A DNA stretch of 61,879 nucleotides, taken from positions 1-61,879 of the forward strand of contig JAGNSY010000001.1 in assembly GCA_017987825.1 (NCBI GenBank), read 5' to 3'. The notes under the pieces were generated by a model. It did no database searches, was not told the origin of the DNA, and saw nothing but the letters and a program-made list of their open reading frames with translations. Position 1 is the stretch's first letter; the number at the start of each line of letters is the position of its first letter. This DNA comes from Sphingorhabdus sp. Its GTDB lineage: Bacteria; Pseudomonadota; Alphaproteobacteria; Sphingomonadales; Sphingomonadaceae. The position numbers were made by a program, and so were the translations under genes. Positions 58,955-61,879 of the stretch are shown in pieces.

Positions 58955-61669
58955 TCAGAACTTATATGTAATGCCAGCCTGATAGCGACGGCCATAGGTC
59001 TGATAATCAACCACTTCGAGCTGCTGGCCCGGATTGATCGTCGAGAAGGGCTCGTTGGTCAAATTCTGCCCCTGAATAAACAGCGACAACCCTTCAAGGC
59101 TGCTGCCATCCTGGAATTCATAGCCCAGCTGTGCATCGACAATCATTTCGCCGCGCGCACGACGACGGGCACGGTTGCCTCCAAAGCCGGCCAGTTCACC
59201 TTGGAAGGTTGAACGATAGCGAACGCTACCACGAGCGCTGAAACCGCCACGTTCAAAATAGGCGGTACCGTTCGCCACCCAGCGCGAATAGCCATCAATA
59301 TCGCCAAAATTGATACCGGGTGCCGGACGCAGACGGCTTTTGGTGTAAGCTACACCACCGGTCACGCCAAAGCCTTCCAATGCGGAGGTAAACGTTTCGA
59401 GTGGCAAAGTTCCCGCCAGTTCGATCCCGTACAGCTTTCCGCCATCTCCGTTTATCGGAAGCTCAACGAAGCCGTTGCGCGACGGTACGACTTCGCTGCC
59501 CAGCGGGAAACCGGTAAAGTCATAAGGCACATCGACTTTGTAGATCCAGTTGAGCAGTTTTTTGTAGTAGAGTTGAACCGAAACATAACCCTTGTTGCCG
59601 AAATATTTTTCCAGCGTCAGGTCGAGAGCATTCGCACGCATCGGTTCGAGAAAGGGATTTCCACCCTTGCCACGAATAATCGGCACCGCTCCGCCGCGAT
59701 CAACGCCATAACCGATTGCTACGCGCATATCATCCATGCGTGGACGCTGGATTTGGCGTGACAGACCGACGCGGAAGACAAAATCGCTCGGCGTGCGGAG
59801 TGCGAGGTTTAGGCTCGGCAACACGTCGGTATATTTTGTTCCGTTAGTCAGCGGAGTTGGCGTATTTCCGAAATAGATCGCGCCGCTGCTGCTTTGATCG
59901 GCACGGATGATCTGGACGCCGACATTACCAGTGAGGTTGCTCGAACCGACTTCGGTATCGATTGCCGCTTGCAGATAACCAGTAAGCAGTTGCTCATCGA
60001 TAACATAGGCCTTGGTGCCAACATCGGAAACGGTATTTGGAACTAGGCGGTAGATGCCAGCGTCGAGCAATTCTTGCGGATTGTAACTGATGACCGGACC
60101 CAGCCCAAGATAATCCAGATTGGTCGGACGTAGGAGATACTGATCAGGGATACGAAGGTCAGCCGCACCGCTTGCCAGAACCACAAATGATTCGTCGGGG
60201 ACGAGCGACTTGGAACGGTCAGTATATCCGATCCCGGCGCGGATCGCCGAGAAGAAGCCGTCGAGTTCCTTTTCAAGATCAAAACGAAGCGTTGACAGTT
60301 CATCCTCTACAACGCGATCATTGTAATAGCCGTCCTGACCGCCAGCGACGCCACCCCAACCCATTGGTGAAGTAAGACGAATCAGGTTAGGATCCGAATA
60401 GTTGAGCGTCGGCCTGAAAGTCGTTCCTGAAGTAGACTGCGTAAATCCGATTGTGTCACGTGCACCAACGCCCTGTCCACGACCGGTACCGGCGTTCGAT
60501 TCGAATACCAATTCGTTCCGGTCGGTACGCGACGTGCCCCAGTCAAAGGTCGCGTTCCAGCCATTGCCAATATCCCAATCGACATTCAGGCCGGTCGAAA
60601 GCAGATCCGCCGAACGCACGAGTTTATGGTTGTTTACAACAGCTTCGATGTCAGTGAACGTCCCGTTGACGATATGTCCATCCTGTACGGTGTAGCCAGG
60701 ATTAATCCCGGCGGCAGTCCAGCCAAAGGCGCTCGAAAGCGGAAGTTCGATGCCGCGCTTGATTATGTCATCGTCGAATTTCGAATAAAAGATATCGGCG
60801 GTCAGGCGCACATTGTCGGACAAATCGCCCTGCAGCGTGCCGCCAAGGCCTACACGCTTTAAATTGGTCGACGTAACAAATGATTTGTTGCCGCCAATCA
60901 GACGCGCACCGGCAAAATCGTTATAGCCCCAGGCATTATATTCCTGAACCTGGTAGCTTTCATCTACATAGCTGGCGGTCAATGCTACGCCGACCGTGTC
61001 ACCACCGAAAGTATCGATATAGGTGGCGTTGACGCGGAAGCCTTTGTCATCAGAACCAGCGTTGAGTTTACCGAGATCGGTGAGGCTTCCCTTCACGCCG
61101 ACTGCCAGAACGCGCTTACCGATTTCAAGTGGCCGGGCAGTACGGATATCGACAGTGCCGACAAGGCCTTGACCGACTATGTTAGCCGAAGGTGTTTTAT
61201 ACACATTGACTTGGCTGACCATTTCTGAGGGATACTGATCGAACTCCACAGCACGATTGTCGCCTGTTGAAGTCTGCTCGCGTCCGTTGAGAAGCGTTTG
61301 CGACAGATCCGGTCCAAACCCACGGATGGAAATAAACGCCGAACGGCCATTCAACCGCTGCGAAGTGAGCCCTGGAAGACGCGCAATGGATTCAGCGATA
61401 GATGCGTCGGGCAATTTACCGATGTCTTCCGCGGATACTGACTCAACAATTTGTTCTGCGTTTTTCTTTTCAGCAACCGCACTTTCCAGCGCCGCGCGGA
61501 AACCGGTGACTACGATTGCTTCGCCCTCATCGGCAGCTTCTTCCGCGGCCGCATCCTGTGCAAATGCTGCACCGGGCAGCGCAGCAAAAACTGCAAAGGC
61601 CAGCGCGGTTGCGCTGGTTGTATGCGCAAGCCGCGCACGTACTTCATTCGTGTTCCACGAAGCAGACAT
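58955..61669 (-). CDS. TonB-dependent receptor, probable maltose/maltodextrin importer
   Basis: Signal peptide ending 'AAFA|Q'; TonB box 'AIVVTGFR'; plug 'EDIGKLPDASIAESIARLPG'; C-terminal 'GRRYQAGITYKF'; co-oriented with two GH13 genes. Confidence 0.93.
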   Translation of the reverse strand: MSASWNTNEVRARLAHTTSATALAFAVFAALPGAAFAQDAAAEEAADEGEAIVVTGFRAALESAVAEKKNAEQIVESVSAEDIGKLPDASIAESIARLPGLTSQRLNGRSAFISIRGFGPDLSQTLLNGREQTSTGDNRAVEFDQYPSEMVSQVNVYKTPSANIVGQGLVGTVDIRTARPLEIGKRVLAVGVKGSLTDLGKLNAGSDDKGFRVNATYIDTFGGDTVGVALTASYVDESYQVQEYNAWGYNDFAGARLIGGNKSFVTSTNLKRVGLGGTLQGDLSDNVRLTADIFYSKFDDDIIKRGIELPLSSAFGWTAAGINPGYTVQDGHIVNGTFTDIEAVVNNHKLVRSADLLSTGLNVDWDIGNGWNATFDWGTSRTDRNELVFESNAGTGRGQGVGARDTIGFTQSTSGTTFRPTLNYSDPNLIRLTSPMGWGGVAGGQDGYYNDRVVEDELSTLRFDLEKELDGFFSAIRAGIGYTDRSKSLVPDESFVVLASGAADLRIPDQYLLRPTNLDYLGLGPVISYNPQELLDAGIYRLVPNTVSDVGTKAYVIDEQLLTGYLQAAIDTEVGSSNLTGNVGVQIIRADQSSSGAIYFGNTPTPLTNGTKYTDVLPSLNLALRTPSDFVFRVGLSRQIQRPRMDDMRVAIGYGVDRGGAVPIIRGKGGNPFLEPMRANALDLTLEKYFGNKGYVSVQLYYKKLLNWIYKVDVPYDFTGFPLGSEVVPSRNGFVELPINGDGGKLYGIELAGTLPLETFTSALEGFGVTGGVAYTKSRLRPAPGINFGDIDGYSRWVANGTAYFERGGFSARGSVRYRSTFQGELAGFGGNRARRRARGEMIVDAQLGYEFQDGSSLEGLSLFIQGQNLTNEPFSTINPGQQLEVVDYQTYGRRYQAGITYKF

Positions 61670-61793
61670 CCTGTATCCCCTCTTTTGCGGTCCAGTCGTT
61701 GCTGCACCGCTTGTTGCAACCTAAAGTGCATGGCCACCCAGTTTGGCCATCGCTGTTTAAATACTACGCGGACCCCGCCAAATGACAGTTATT

Positions 61794-61807
61794 CACATAC
61801 GTATTCA
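61794..61807. promoter_or_regulatory. LacI-type operator candidate upstream of the TonB receptor
   Basis: caCATACGTATTca, core palindrome ATACGTAT. Confidence 0.55.
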
Positions 61808-61879
61808 GAATTATGCGGTAACGTCGTTGCACGAATGCCGGTCCGCGCTTATGGATTGTTGCAGGAGAGCCGGTCGCAC

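Overview
Chromosomal window from an alphaproteobacterium, most likely Sphingomonadaceae (inferred from gene order and protein style). Most of it is housekeeping: the 3' end of gltA, nuoA-N followed by birA-coaX-rnj-DUF1467, thiE-efp-suhB, tkt-gap-pgk-fba, zauP-like/zapA/6S RNA/ygfA, tRNA-Asp, bkdA1A2B, thyA, tRNA-Pro, and a TonB receptor/halogenase/GH13 alpha-glucan locus. Three parts stand out. (1) The best candidate for an undescribed system is a four-gene secreted DUF11-like operon (35490-43231). Two subunits carry the last beta-hairpin of a DUF11 domain (with the Asn) at their N-terminus and a hairpin-less DUF11 domain (with Lys and Asp) at their C-terminus. A small protein is acceptor-only, and a 1695-aa outer-membrane protein is donor-only. 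This suggests a donor-hairpin-complemented, possibly isopeptide-crosslinked surface filament. (2) An RpfF/RpfC-type DSF quorum-sensing cluster has a REC-PAS-GGDEF-EAL protein in place of the HD-GYP regulator RpfG. (3) A putative cell-pole cluster contains a His-less kinase, a His-less HPt protein, a DUF2336-like protein and a TipN/GPR-like coiled coil, with CtrA and DnaA boxes. All family calls come from reading motifs by eye; no database search was run.
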